This document shows, piece by piece, positions 47,156 through 56,438 of a stretch of 60,093 nt of DNA. Every line of letters begins with the position of its first letter. Positions within the stretch are counted from its first letter, which is position 1. Origin of the DNA: Phycisphaerae bacterium (GTDB lineage Bacteria > Planctomycetota > Phycisphaerae > Phycisphaerales > SM1A02). The stretch covers positions 1-60,093 of the forward strand of contig JABHWX010000108.1 in assembly GCA_018657585.1 (NCBI GenBank). Reading direction: 5' to 3'. Made by a program: the position numbers and the translations under genes. Under the pieces are notes generated by a model. It worked only from the letters and a program-made list of their open reading frames with translations. It was not told where the DNA came from and made no database searches.

Positions 47156-48079
47156 ATGTTACCCAGAAGACCCCCCCGTTCTGGACAGGTTGGCTTTTTA
47201 TATTTGCCACCATATCGAGTGCAGGGAATTAGTGTTGCTGGAGAGCAAACCGCTGTTCATATTCCCGAGCTGGATGTTGCTTTTGATGTCGGGTTGTGTC
47301 CTAGACCAATTTTGTCAGCGCCATATATTGCGTTAACGCATGGTCATATGGATCATGTTGCTGGGCTTCCGTATTATTTTAGTCAGCGAATGTTTCAAAA
47401 AATGGGTGTTGGTACTTGTGTTTGTCACGCGGAAATTGCCGGGGCAGTACAGTCGATGATGGGTGGTTGGGTTGACCTTGAAAGACAGTGCACTCCACAT
47501 AATATTGTTCCACTTGAGCCGGATGAAGAATTTCAAATCAAGCCGGGTATTATGTTAAGGGGTATAGAGGCTAGTCACACCGTGCCCGCGCTTTCTTATG
47601 TAATTATGGAGCACCGAAAAAAACTCCTTGAAAAATACAGTGGGTTTCCTCAAGAAAAACTTCGTGCGCTAAAGCTTGCTGGTAACGATATAACACAAAC
47701 GTTTAAAATTCCTCTTGTGGCCTGCACCGGTGATACGGAAATGGGTAATCATTTGTTTAGACCAGAGTTTGTAAACTCGCCAATTGTCATTACAGAGTGT
47801 ACTTTTTTTGAGTCTGACCATAAAAAACGTTCTGCTGTAGGAAAACATATCCATATAGATGACCTTGTCGAACTTGTTAATGTGTGGAAGGCAGAACATA
47901 TTATCATCACCCACACAAGCAGAAGGACGGGAATTGAGGTTATTAAAAATACAATCGCTAACAAAATTGGTGGTGACAATGCGCACCGAATTCATCTATT
48001 AATGGACCACAGGGAAAACAGGCTTCGGTATGAGCGGCAGGTTGAAGAACACGAAGCCGCTTCTGTTGGTGGGGAATAG
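47156..48079 (+). CDS. MBL-fold metallo-hydrolase, RNase Z/ElaC-like
   Basis: ATG 47156 lies 6 nt after GGAG. The motif order parallels E. coli RNase Z/BN. LTHGHMDHVAGLPYYF matches ISHLHGDHLFGLPGLL. EASHTVPALSY, ACTGDTE and ITECTF follow. KHIHIDD...HIIITHTSRR matches GHSS...LIITHVSSRY. The track ORF start (46982) reads through the tRNA-like element and is rejected. Confidence 0.75.
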   Translation: MLPRRPPRSGQVGFLYLPPYRVQGISVAGEQTAVHIPELDVAFDVGLCPRPILSAPYIALTHGHMDHVAGLPYYFSQRMFQKMGVGTCVCHAEIAGAVQSMMGGWVDLERQCTPHNIVPLEPDEEFQIKPGIMLRGIEASHTVPALSYVIMEHRKKLLEKYSGFPQEKLRALKLAGNDITQTFKIPLVACTGDTEMGNHLFRPEFVNSPIVITECTFFESDHKKRSAVGKHIHIDDLVELVNVWKAEHIIITHTSRRTGIEVIKNTIANKIGGDNAHRIHLLMDHRENRLRYERQVEEHEAASVGGE

Positions 48080-48081
48080 GT

Positions 48082-49455
48082 ATGAGTGCAGACAAAATTG
48101 ACAAGCAACAACTTAGGGTGGATTTACTTGAAAAGCTTCGGTTAGACCACCCGACAATGTGTAGACGGTGGTTTGAAGATATTCGCGTACTCGGTATAGT
48201 GGGTGGAACTATTCTGATTCAAATTCTTGAGCCCGTACAGTTAAAATATTTGCAGCGATGTTGTTCACAACAGTTTTCTGATGTGGCACAGTCGGTTACC
48301 GGAAGGTTGTTGGGAGTTCGGTTTGTTGGGGAGGTCGATGATGTTAGTGGTGGCAATGTTGTTTTGGTTTCTGGTGATTATGCACAAAAAACCGGGTCTT
48401 CTGTTTCTGAAGAAGACATGTTAATAAGCCCTGACTATAACTTTGATAGTTTTGTAATTGGCCCGGGCAACAGGCTTGCCCACGCCGCCGCAACGGCGGT
48501 ATCGAGCAGACCTGGGCAAGCGTATAATCCCTTGTTTATCCATGGTGGGGTAGGTCTCGGAAAAACACACCTGTTGCAATCTATTTGCCAAACAGCGATG
48601 CGTCTTCACCGAACAATGAAAATATATTATGTTTCGTGTAATGGATTTATGACTCAATTTTTGGACGCTGTTCGGGTGGGAAATATGTCCACCTTCCGAA
48701 ATAAATTTAGGGCTTTTGACATGTTGGTCATTGATGATATTCACGACCTATCAAAAAGAGATCAAACACAGGAAGAGTTTTTTCATACATTTAATACGCT
48801 TTTTCAGTCTGGAAAACAGATTGTGCTGAGTTCCGACGCACCGCCAGGTGAAATACCTTACTTAGAAGAACGATTAATTAGTAGGTTTGGGTGTGGTCTT
48901 GTTGCATGTGTAGACCCGCCTGGTTTTGAGACGCGCGTTGCAATAATTAAACAAAAGGCTTTAATGAGAAATTTGGATGTTAGTGACGACGTTGCCTCTT
49001 ATGTTGCAACCCAATTAGATTCAAACATTCGACAACTTGAGGGCGCTATAACAAAATTACAAAGTATCGCCCAGCTTGACCAAGTAAAAATTACACTAGA
49101 GCTTGCAAAACAAACAATTGGTGGTGGTGGTGCTCTTGATCAAAATAAAAACATTTCCATCCAAGATATTCTTGATTGTATTTCTAATTTTTATGACATA
49201 AAACTCACTGATCTTCTTTCAAAAAAACGACACAAATCAATCACCATTCCAAGGCAGGCCGGAATGTGGTTATCACGAAAACACACTCGTTTTAGCCTTG
49301 AAGAAATTGGTGGATATTTTGGGGGAAGAGACCACACAACCGTTATGCACGCTGTTAAATCTATTGATAAAAAATGTTCTGGTGATGATTTGTTTCGGCG
49401 AGAAATTGAACGAATAGAGGAACGATTATCGGACAAGCCTAGTTCTGCGGGTTAA
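48082..49455 (+). CDS. dnaA: Chromosomal replication initiator protein DnaA
   Basis: AAA+ Walker A NPLFIHGGVGLGKTHL, Walker B LVIDDIH, SNIRQLEGA, and domain IV DHTTVMHAVKSI. It starts 2 nt after the preceding stop. Confidence 0.96.
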   Translation: MSADKIDKQQLRVDLLEKLRLDHPTMCRRWFEDIRVLGIVGGTILIQILEPVQLKYLQRCCSQQFSDVAQSVTGRLLGVRFVGEVDDVSGGNVVLVSGDYAQKTGSSVSEEDMLISPDYNFDSFVIGPGNRLAHAAATAVSSRPGQAYNPLFIHGGVGLGKTHLLQSICQTAMRLHRTMKIYYVSCNGFMTQFLDAVRVGNMSTFRNKFRAFDMLVIDDIHDLSKRDQTQEEFFHTFNTLFQSGKQIVLSSDAPPGEIPYLEERLISRFGCGLVACVDPPGFETRVAIIKQKALMRNLDVSDDVASYVATQLDSNIRQLEGAITKLQSIAQLDQVKITLELAKQTIGGGGALDQNKNISIQDILDCISNFYDIKLTDLLSKKRHKSITIPRQAGMWLSRKHTRFSLEEIGGYFGGRDHTTVMHAVKSIDKKCSGDDLFRREIERIEERLSDKPSSAG

Positions 49456-49731
49456 GAACATGTGTGTGGATAACTGGTGGATTTCTCTGTTTTGGATGCT
49501 GCTGATTTTAATAAACAACAGGCACTCGACACCCATAACGCCACATAGTTTGAAAACCCTACCACTTCTGAACACCTTATAAAACAGGTTGTTCACACGT
49601 GTTATTCTTGTAAGTTGATACACATGCTGTGGTTATGGTAAAATCTGAATGTTGTCCACATAAACAAAGACAATATTACTACGAAGAAGAGTATTTATAT
49701 GTAGCTAGGTTTAATTGGCATCTGTGGATGG
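49456..49731. other. Candidate oriC / DnaA-box cluster downstream of dnaA
   Basis: Compared with TTATCCACA: a perfect box TGTGGATAA (49465-49473, reverse), an 8/9 box TTGTCCACA (49652-49660), and 7/9 boxes at 49589-49597, 49628-49636 and 49723-49731. AT-rich stretches lie at 49505-49520 and 49661-49710. Confidence 0.5.
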
Positions 49732-50760
49732 TCTGCTTGTATTGCTCAACGTAATCCATAATTGCAAAGTCTTTCGAACAGCACCCGAATCAATGGCTTC
49801 GGATGCGCTTTCAATGCCCTCCTGGATGCCGCTGACAACGTCTGCTAGATAAAGGGAGACACCAGCACTTAATAAAATCATGTCCCGTATAGCGCCCAGT
49901 TGACCCTTTGTAAGAGCATCAGAAATAAACCTCGTTGCATCTTCCAAACTACTGGCGGTAACAAGTTCTCTGTTCCACATTGAGAGTCCATACGATTCTG
50001 GTTCCAATATATCTTCAGTGCAACCAAGCCCATCAATAAACACCACCCGTGTTGGCGAGGAAATTGAAATCTCATCTAAACCGTCTAGCCCATGAACAAC
50101 AGCTGATTTTTTCGTTCCTCCAGCAAGGAGCGCTTGGGCCATTGGTAATACATACATATCATCCCAAACACCAAGCAGCTGTCTTCCAGCCGAACATGGG
50201 TTCGTAAGAGGTCCAAGTAAGTTAAAAATGGTTGGAGTTCCAATAGTTTTTCGTACACGCATCACATGAGCAACTGCCGGGTGGTGCTTTGGAGCATAAC
50301 AAAAACAAATTCCAGCTTCATCCAAACACAACAATTGTTGTTCTGGTGTCGCATGAATATTAACACCGAGTTGCTCTAATACTTCAGCTGATCCTCGCCC
50401 AGTTCTTGAAGTGTTGCCGTGTTTAGCAACACGCACACCACACGACGCAGCAACAATTCCAGCCGCAGTCGAAACATTAAACGTTTTCGGTGCCCCACCA
50501 GTGCCACAGGTGTCCAACAACGCTTCAGGGTTCGGAAAATCAAGACGAGTAACACACTCTTTCATTACAGTTGCAGCACCCAACAATTCATCACTAGTTG
50601 GGATTCGTTGTGCCAACAACTCTAAAAACAAGCGGATTTGTTCATCTTCCGCGTTTCCGGACATGATAACCCGAAAAGAATCTGACATTTCTTGAACAGA
50701 CAGTGTGTTACCCACCCCTAAAATATCAATTGCCTCAGTTACAGGGTTATCATTTTGCAT
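49711..50760 (-). CDS. trpD: Anthranilate phosphoribosyltransferase
   Basis: DTCGTGGAPKTFNVSTAAGIVAASCGVRVAKHGN and NLLGPLTNP. No other trp genes are in the window. Confidence 0.93.
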   Translation of the reverse strand: MQNDNPVTEAIDILGVGNTLSVQEMSDSFRVIMSGNAEDEQIRLFLELLAQRIPTSDELLGAATVMKECVTRLDFPNPEALLDTCGTGGAPKTFNVSTAAGIVAASCGVRVAKHGNTSRTGRGSAEVLEQLGVNIHATPEQQLLCLDEAGICFCYAPKHHPAVAHVMRVRKTIGTPTIFNLLGPLTNPCSAGRQLLGVWDDMYVLPMAQALLAGGTKKSAVVHGLDGLDEISISSPTRVVFIDGLGCTEDILEPESYGLSMWNRELVTASSLEDATRFISDALTKGQLGAIRDMILLSAGVSLYLADVVSGIQEGIESASEAIDSGAVRKTLQLWITLSNTSRPSTDAN

Positions 50761-50816
50761 ACAGTTGTAATGATACAGATATAACTACCCCCAACGGGCA
50801 GGGTACTATTCACAAA

Positions 50817-51839
50817 ATGTTAGCAAACGCCTACCTACACAATCTTGACCCATTTGCAATTCGGTTAACCGAGACCCTTGGCCTACGCTGGTATGGTTTA
50901 GCATACATTTCCGCATTTGCCCTGGCGTGGATTTTCATTAGATGGATGGGGAAGAAAAAAATATCTCCTATTCAGCCAAAAAAGGCCGGAGATTTTATTT
51001 TTGCCGGCGTGCTCGGCGTGCTTATTGGTGGAAGATTGGGATACTGTCTTTTTTATGATCAATCACTTCTTTATACATTTACAAACAACCTTCCTTGGTG
51101 GAGAGCACTTGCAATTCAAGATGGCGGAATGGCAAGCCACGGAGGAATGTTAGGGGTGTTAATCGCCTTTGTAATTTGGGGTAGACGAAACAACATTTCA
51201 ATTTTACACCTCATTGACATAGGAGCATTTGTTGCCACCCCGGGTTTATTTCTTGGTCGAATCGCTAACTTTATAAATGGTGAGTTGTGGGGAAAAAAAC
51301 TACCAATTGAAACACAACCCAATCCGCCATCATGGTCAATTAAATATCCAACCGAAATTACAGAAGTGTGGCTACAAAACCCAGATCAATACGCCGAGAA
51401 CTTGCACCAACTAGAACCGCTTCGCACCACCATTACAGGCGGTACATCATTTCACCAAACCATCGTAAATGAAATATATATTGGAAACCAAGAAGTTATA
51501 GATTACGTCCAACCACACCTTACCGCTTGGTACCCATCGCAATTATTACAAGCGTTGTTTGAAGGCCCAATTCTACTAACAATATTGTTTATGGTTTGGT
51601 GGAAACCAAAAAATCCAGGAGTAATAGCAAGTTGTTTTTTACTTTTTTATGGAGCAGGAAGAATTTTTACGGAAATGTACCGACAACCAGACCACGGGGT
51701 ATCTTTGTTGTTTGGACTTTCTCGAGGGCAACTTTTAAGCACATCAATGATTTTATTTGGAGCAATTTTATTGTTAGTTGTTGGCAAACAAAAAACACCT
51801 AAATTTGGCGGTTTAAAACAAGCGATCACCAATAGATAG
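50817..51839 (+). CDS. lgt: Prolipoprotein diacylglyceryl transferase
   Basis: Start at ATG 50817. LRWYGLAYISAF, GGRLGY, GGMASHGG and GRIANFINGELWG are Lgt signature segments. There is an insertion between the conserved blocks. Confidence 0.9.
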   Translation: MLANAYLHNLDPFAIRLTETLGLRWYGLAYISAFALAWIFIRWMGKKKISPIQPKKAGDFIFAGVLGVLIGGRLGYCLFYDQSLLYTFTNNLPWWRALAIQDGGMASHGGMLGVLIAFVIWGRRNNISILHLIDIGAFVATPGLFLGRIANFINGELWGKKLPIETQPNPPSWSIKYPTEITEVWLQNPDQYAENLHQLEPLRTTITGGTSFHQTIVNEIYIGNQEVIDYVQPHLTAWYPSQLLQALFEGPILLTILFMVWWKPKNPGVIASCFLLFYGAGRIFTEMYRQPDHGVSLLFGLSRGQLLSTSMILFGAILLLVVGKQKTPKFGGLKQAITNR

Positions 51840-51840
51840 T

Positions 51841-52860
51841 TTAAACAAACTTTCCTGCGGATAAATTTCCCCAGCGCGCCGCAAGCGATTCAACAAGTAC
51901 TTTTATTGAAACATTCGAAACCAACTGCGCCTCGGTGTCCACAAGAATGTCCGAAGCGAGAACACCAATATTACACTCGCCCTCGGAACCACCGACACCC
52001 CTAATGCCTAAGCGGGCAGACAAACTAAACATAAGCAAAACCAACACAAAAGCTCTTCGGTTGGCAGATTCTTTACTCGTGTTTGAATTTTGTTTTGTCC
52101 AATAGAGAACACAGGAATCAATAAACTGAATGATGTGTTGTGTAGCAACAACATAATCATAACCTGTTTGTAACAACAAAAACGCAGAAATATTCTCACG
52201 CAACTCGCCTAGTTTTGTATCAAAAATATCACAAGCGACCCCGGGCGATCCAGACGAACAAGCTAATGCCCACGATAGATCATTGTTAAAATCAAAAGAA
52301 GATTGTTCCGCCCATTGTTCCATATCTAATTTTGATAGCGGTGAAAAAGAAACCTGCTGACACCTGCTGAGAATGGTTTGTAACAAAACGTCTTCGCGAG
52401 AAGTAACAAGAATAATAATTGTTCCAGCCGGAGGCTCCTCAAGGGTCTTAAGTAGTGCGTTTTGACCAGCTTCGTCAAGAAGCTCCGCCTCATCGACAAT
52501 AAACACCTTTTTATTTCCAAAACGTGGTGTTTTAAAAGCAACAGAGTCATGACTTTTTCCGTCCGATGTTTTACCACCAATCATTCTTTCCCGAAGTAAA
52601 TCAATAGGAATATTAGTTTGTTTACGCTTTTGTAACGCGGGGTTTTGTGCCCAAACAACATCCTCCTTACAAATTAGATGAAGGTCTGGGTTATTCCCAG
52701 CAACGGTAGCACCCAATATTTCCGCCCCGAAGCCCAAAGCTGTTGTGCACTTTCCAACACCCCTAGGACCAGCAAAAACCCACGCGTGATGAAGCCTATC
52801 GGAGGCAAGCGAAGACCGCAGTGTTTTAAGAGCACCTTTTTGTCCAACGATATGGTTCAT
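51841..52860 (-). CDS. holB: DNA polymerase III delta-prime subunit
   Basis: HAWVFAGPRGVGKCT (P-loop-like), VFIVDEAELLDEAGQNALLKTLEEPP and SRCQ. Start is placed at ATG 52860 (MNHIVGQ); the track ORF begins at TTG 52881. Confidence 0.88.
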   Translation of the reverse strand: MNHIVGQKGALKTLRSSLASDRLHHAWVFAGPRGVGKCTTALGFGAEILGATVAGNNPDLHLICKEDVVWAQNPALQKRKQTNIPIDLLRERMIGGKTSDGKSHDSVAFKTPRFGNKKVFIVDEAELLDEAGQNALLKTLEEPPAGTIIILVTSREDVLLQTILSRCQQVSFSPLSKLDMEQWAEQSSFDFNNDLSWALACSSGSPGVACDIFDTKLGELRENISAFLLLQTGYDYVVATQHIIQFIDSCVLYWTKQNSNTSKESANRRAFVLVLLMFSLSARLGIRGVGGSEGECNIGVLASDILVDTEAQLVSNVSIKVLVESLAARWGNLSAGKFV

Positions 52861-52974
52861 AGGTGAAGTGTACCGCGACAATAAATATATTCGTAAACGA
52901 ACAGAAAAAATTCTTACCGAAGAAATATAGACTTCGTTTAATTAACCCCGATATATTCCACGAAAATAGGAGGG

Positions 52975-55305
52975 GTGTCCTCTTTATTCAAAATAAAACC
53001 ACCAAAAATAAAATGGAACCCGCTCGCAACAGTAGGAACGGCGGTGTTTACTGGATCTTACGTTGGCGCATCAACACAATGGGCAGGATTGGATTTAATC
53101 TTACTTGGCGCAACCTTTTTTGTATTGTTTTTTGGAGTAATCAACACACACAAAAAGCCAATTTTTTTTATTACAACCGCAGCACTTCTTCTTTTTGCCG
53201 CCTCTGGATCCCACCAGAAAAAACAAAAACAATGGGTTTCTAAAACTCAAAACGAAATAATAAAATTAAAACTATTGGCCACATCGGATTCGGCGATTCA
53301 AACAACACCCACCCACCCAATGTCAGAGTTTGATTACAGAAAGCCCCATTCTGTTTTTAGAGCCACCGGATACCCAGAAAACCAAAACTCAGAAGCAACC
53401 AATATGTTGGTTGTAACATCTTCGGAACATAATATTAACAAAGGAGACAGGGTGCTTGTGGTTGGGTGGTTCTTTGAATCGGTAAAACATGAGCAACACA
53501 CGTTCTACGCATCTTTACCAAACCAAACACGCAGTGGAGAGCAATTAAAAACAACATCAATCTTAAAAAACAAACTTTACCAACAACTGTCCCAAAAAGA
53601 ACAAACACTGTTTGGCGCAATGTTTTTTGGAACGCGAGGCGAAAAGTGGGTGGAGGTGTCAGGCACGTTTCGAAAAGCAGGGATGTCTCACATCCTCGCA
53701 ATGAGCGGAATGCACATAGTTATCTTTATTTTTGTAACAAACTTATTTTTATTAATTAGAAACAAGACAACGGGCCTAGCTTCACTACTTCTCGTAATTT
53801 GTTTTTCGATAGTGTTTGTAGAAATACGAACACCGCTTGTGAGGGCGATCGTAATGGCACTTGTAATTTATCTAATAAGGTGTTTTGGCGCTAGGTGTAA
53901 TACATCAAGCATAATAAGCACCGCCCTCATTTTAGTTCTATACATAGAACCAAAACACTCTACAGACCCTTCTTTTCAACTGACATTTATAGTAGTCGCG
54001 TCTTTATGTGTTTTACTTCCACAGTTGACATGGATGTTTTTTGGCGAACACGATCCAGTACACAACACTAAAAAAGCCATTCTTCGTTGGCTAGGATCAT
54101 TATGGCTAACAGGAGCATGTGCATGGTTCAGCGTGGCCCCCATTGTTGCCCACCTTTTTGGCACTATGGCACCAGCAGGATTACTCACAAGTGTGCCAGC
54201 GGTTGGTTTGTTGTTTTTATCTATTTCGCTTGGGTGTATACAAACGGCGTACTGTTTAGTTGGCGGCGAAGCTATTATTTTTTTACAAAACTATCTGTCA
54301 GCCGTCCTCGCGTGCACACTTTTGTTGGGAAAATCAATTGGAACCGTGCCACACCTTTATTTTAATAATATTGCATTACCATGGATCCCAGCAGCCATGT
54401 TGGTGGCGGGATTTGTGTCGTGGTGCCTCTTGCACACACATAGAAAAAAAACAATTCTGTTCATAATAATTGCACTAACTCTATTCTATATAAATATTGA
54501 CCGCGAACCAATAACAAAAATCACCACCATTGACGTGGGTCACGGAACATGCCACGTAATTCAAAGTGATGGGCACACGATAGTCATCGACGCGGGATCA
54601 AGAAACAATATAGATATTGCATACAAAAAAATAAACCCAACACTAAGAGGCCTAGGTGTTACAACAATAGATTTGCTTGTCATAACCCACGCCGACCTAG
54701 ACCACGTTGCTGGAATTATTGGGATTGCCGAGAGTTTTACAATTAAACAAATTGCAGTTACCCACCACTCTGTTTCTTATGCAACAGAACCAATTAACAA
54801 AACAATTGCTACAGCAAAAAAGCTAGGCATTCAAAGAATATTTATTTTTAATGGGTGGAAGCGGGATTTTGGAGAATTGCACCTACACGTTTTATCACCC
54901 AGTGTTACAGATAAATACAGGTCGACAAACGCATCATCAGCCGTAATAAAGATGCGGGTGTCTGGAAAAAACACATTGTTTACTGGAGATATTGATGAAT
55001 CCAAAATTAAAGAGATGTGTTTACAAAAACTCGATATAGATATATTGGAGCTTCCCCACCACGGTCAATGGAGCGCAGAGTCCCAACTCTTTGTAGACAC
55101 GCTGTGCCCAGACGTAATCATTCAGTCTACAAATATAAGAAGACACGCCAAAGATGTTTGGAAAATTCCAATGAATACAAATAGGTTTGTAACAGCAACA
55201 GACGGAGACATAACAACAATAATTTATTCAGATGGAAGCACGACTGTGGAGGGGTCAAAAAACTTTGTTACTATGAAAGAATGTTTATCATCAAAACCCT
55301 ACTGA
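52975..55305 (+). CDS. comEC: ComEC/Rec2 DNA internalization-related protein with C-terminal MBL domain
   Basis: Competence-domain motif GMSHILAMSGMHI in a polytopic region. The C-terminal MBL part contains IDVGHGTCHVI and ITHADLDHVAG. The GTG start is uncertain because the SD spacing is very short. Confidence 0.88.
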   Translation: MSSLFKIKPPKIKWNPLATVGTAVFTGSYVGASTQWAGLDLILLGATFFVLFFGVINTHKKPIFFITTAALLLFAASGSHQKKQKQWVSKTQNEIIKLKLLATSDSAIQTTPTHPMSEFDYRKPHSVFRATGYPENQNSEATNMLVVTSSEHNINKGDRVLVVGWFFESVKHEQHTFYASLPNQTRSGEQLKTTSILKNKLYQQLSQKEQTLFGAMFFGTRGEKWVEVSGTFRKAGMSHILAMSGMHIVIFIFVTNLFLLIRNKTTGLASLLLVICFSIVFVEIRTPLVRAIVMALVIYLIRCFGARCNTSSIISTALILVLYIEPKHSTDPSFQLTFIVVASLCVLLPQLTWMFFGEHDPVHNTKKAILRWLGSLWLTGACAWFSVAPIVAHLFGTMAPAGLLTSVPAVGLLFLSISLGCIQTAYCLVGGEAIIFLQNYLSAVLACTLLLGKSIGTVPHLYFNNIALPWIPAAMLVAGFVSWCLLHTHRKKTILFIIIALTLFYINIDREPITKITTIDVGHGTCHVIQSDGHTIVIDAGSRNNIDIAYKKINPTLRGLGVTTIDLLVITHADLDHVAGIIGIAESFTIKQIAVTHHSVSYATEPINKTIATAKKLGIQRIFIFNGWKRDFGELHLHVLSPSVTDKYRSTNASSAVIKMRVSGKNTLFTGDIDESKIKEMCLQKLDIDILELPHHGQWSAESQLFVDTLCPDVIIQSTNIRRHAKDVWKIPMNTNRFVTATDGDITTIIYSDGSTTVEGSKNFVTMKECLSSKPY

Positions 55306-56438
55306 TTACACTGCTCACACAAACTTCGCCCATTGAATTTAAGCCCGTTCACAACAAATTAATGTTTGACGAACCCGTGCAGGTTGTTTTTTCTGAATCA
55401 GAACCAAACACAATGTACGTTGTTGAAAAAGACGGACTGATAAGATCCGCAACTTTTGACAGGTCTACAACAGACAAGCCGGTGTTTTTGGACATTACTG
55501 ACCGCGTTGAAATTACAAATGACGAAGAGGGCCTCCTTTCTTTTGTGTTCGATCCAAAGTATGTAGAAAACAACCGTGTATATGTGTGGTATTCGGCACA
55601 AAAACCAAAGCGGGGAGTTCTTTCGAGATTTACAAAACACACAGACAGGAATGAAATAGACAATAAATCAGAACAGATACTTTTGGAAGTACCAGAACCC
55701 TGGGGCAACCATAACGGCGGAACAGTCCTGTTTGGTAAAGACGGCTTTTTATATCTTGGTATAGGAGATGGTGGTTCTGCAAATGACCCCAACAACAACG
55801 GCCAAAACAAAAACACCCTCCTTGGAAGCATAATTAGAATAGATGTTTCTTCAAAAGAGAAATACACCATCCCAAACACCAACCCCCTTGCTAAAGAAGA
55901 TGGTGTAAAGAGAGAATTATGGGCTTGGGGCTTGCGAAATCCATGGCGCATGAGTTTTGATAGAGCAACAGGAGAATTATGGGTAGGAGATGTTGGTCAA
56001 AACTCTTGGGAAGAGGTCGATGTTGTCCGAGGCGGAGAAAATTTTGGTTGGAACGCAAGAGAAGGAAAACACACATTCAAAAAAAGGGACACACAGTCTA
56101 AACCGTTTGCGGAACCGATTTACGAATATGGTCGCCGATCCGGAGGATCAATAACCGGTGGATATGTGTATAGGGGCACCAATATTCCAACACTTGTTGG
56201 TTCGTATGTTTTCTCCGATTATCTCAGTAAAAGAATATGGATTATGCTTCCCGAAAACAAAGAAACAGGGGTCAGGGAAGTAATTCGCGTAGCCAAGAAG
56301 ACACCTATCTCCATCGCTTCTTTTGGGGAAACCTTAACAGGCGAAATTTTAGCATGTGGTTTTTCTAGTCCCTATGCACGCAGGGGCAAAATTTATTTAT
56401 TAGAGCCAGTAGACACAACCTCATCCACAATTCCCTGA
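55281..56438 (+). CDS. PQQ-dependent sugar (glucose/sorbosone) dehydrogenase family beta-propeller protein
   Basis: NHNGGTVLFGKDGFLYLGIGDGGSANDP, WAWGLRNPWRMSFD, GDVGQNSWEEV and GGSITGGYVYRG. Confidence 0.88.
   Translation: MFIIKTLLITLLTQTSPIEFKPVHNKLMFDEPVQVVFSESEPNTMYVVEKDGLIRSATFDRSTTDKPVFLDITDRVEITNDEEGLLSFVFDPKYVENNRVYVWYSAQKPKRGVLSRFTKHTDRNEIDNKSEQILLEVPEPWGNHNGGTVLFGKDGFLYLGIGDGGSANDPNNNGQNKNTLLGSIIRIDVSSKEKYTIPNTNPLAKEDGVKRELWAWGLRNPWRMSFDRATGELWVGDVGQNSWEEVDVVRGGENFGWNAREGKHTFKKRDTQSKPFAEPIYEYGRRSGGSITGGYVYRGTNIPTLVGSYVFSDYLSKRIWIMLPENKETGVREVIRVAKKTPISIASFGETLTGEILACGFSSPYARRGKIYLLEPVDTTSSTIP

Noticed and set aside
55349-55951. 200-aa reverse ORF antisense to the PQQ-dependent dehydrogenase
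   Set aside because: The + strand product has unmistakable beta-propeller dehydrogenase motifs. The antisense translation has no recognisable features.
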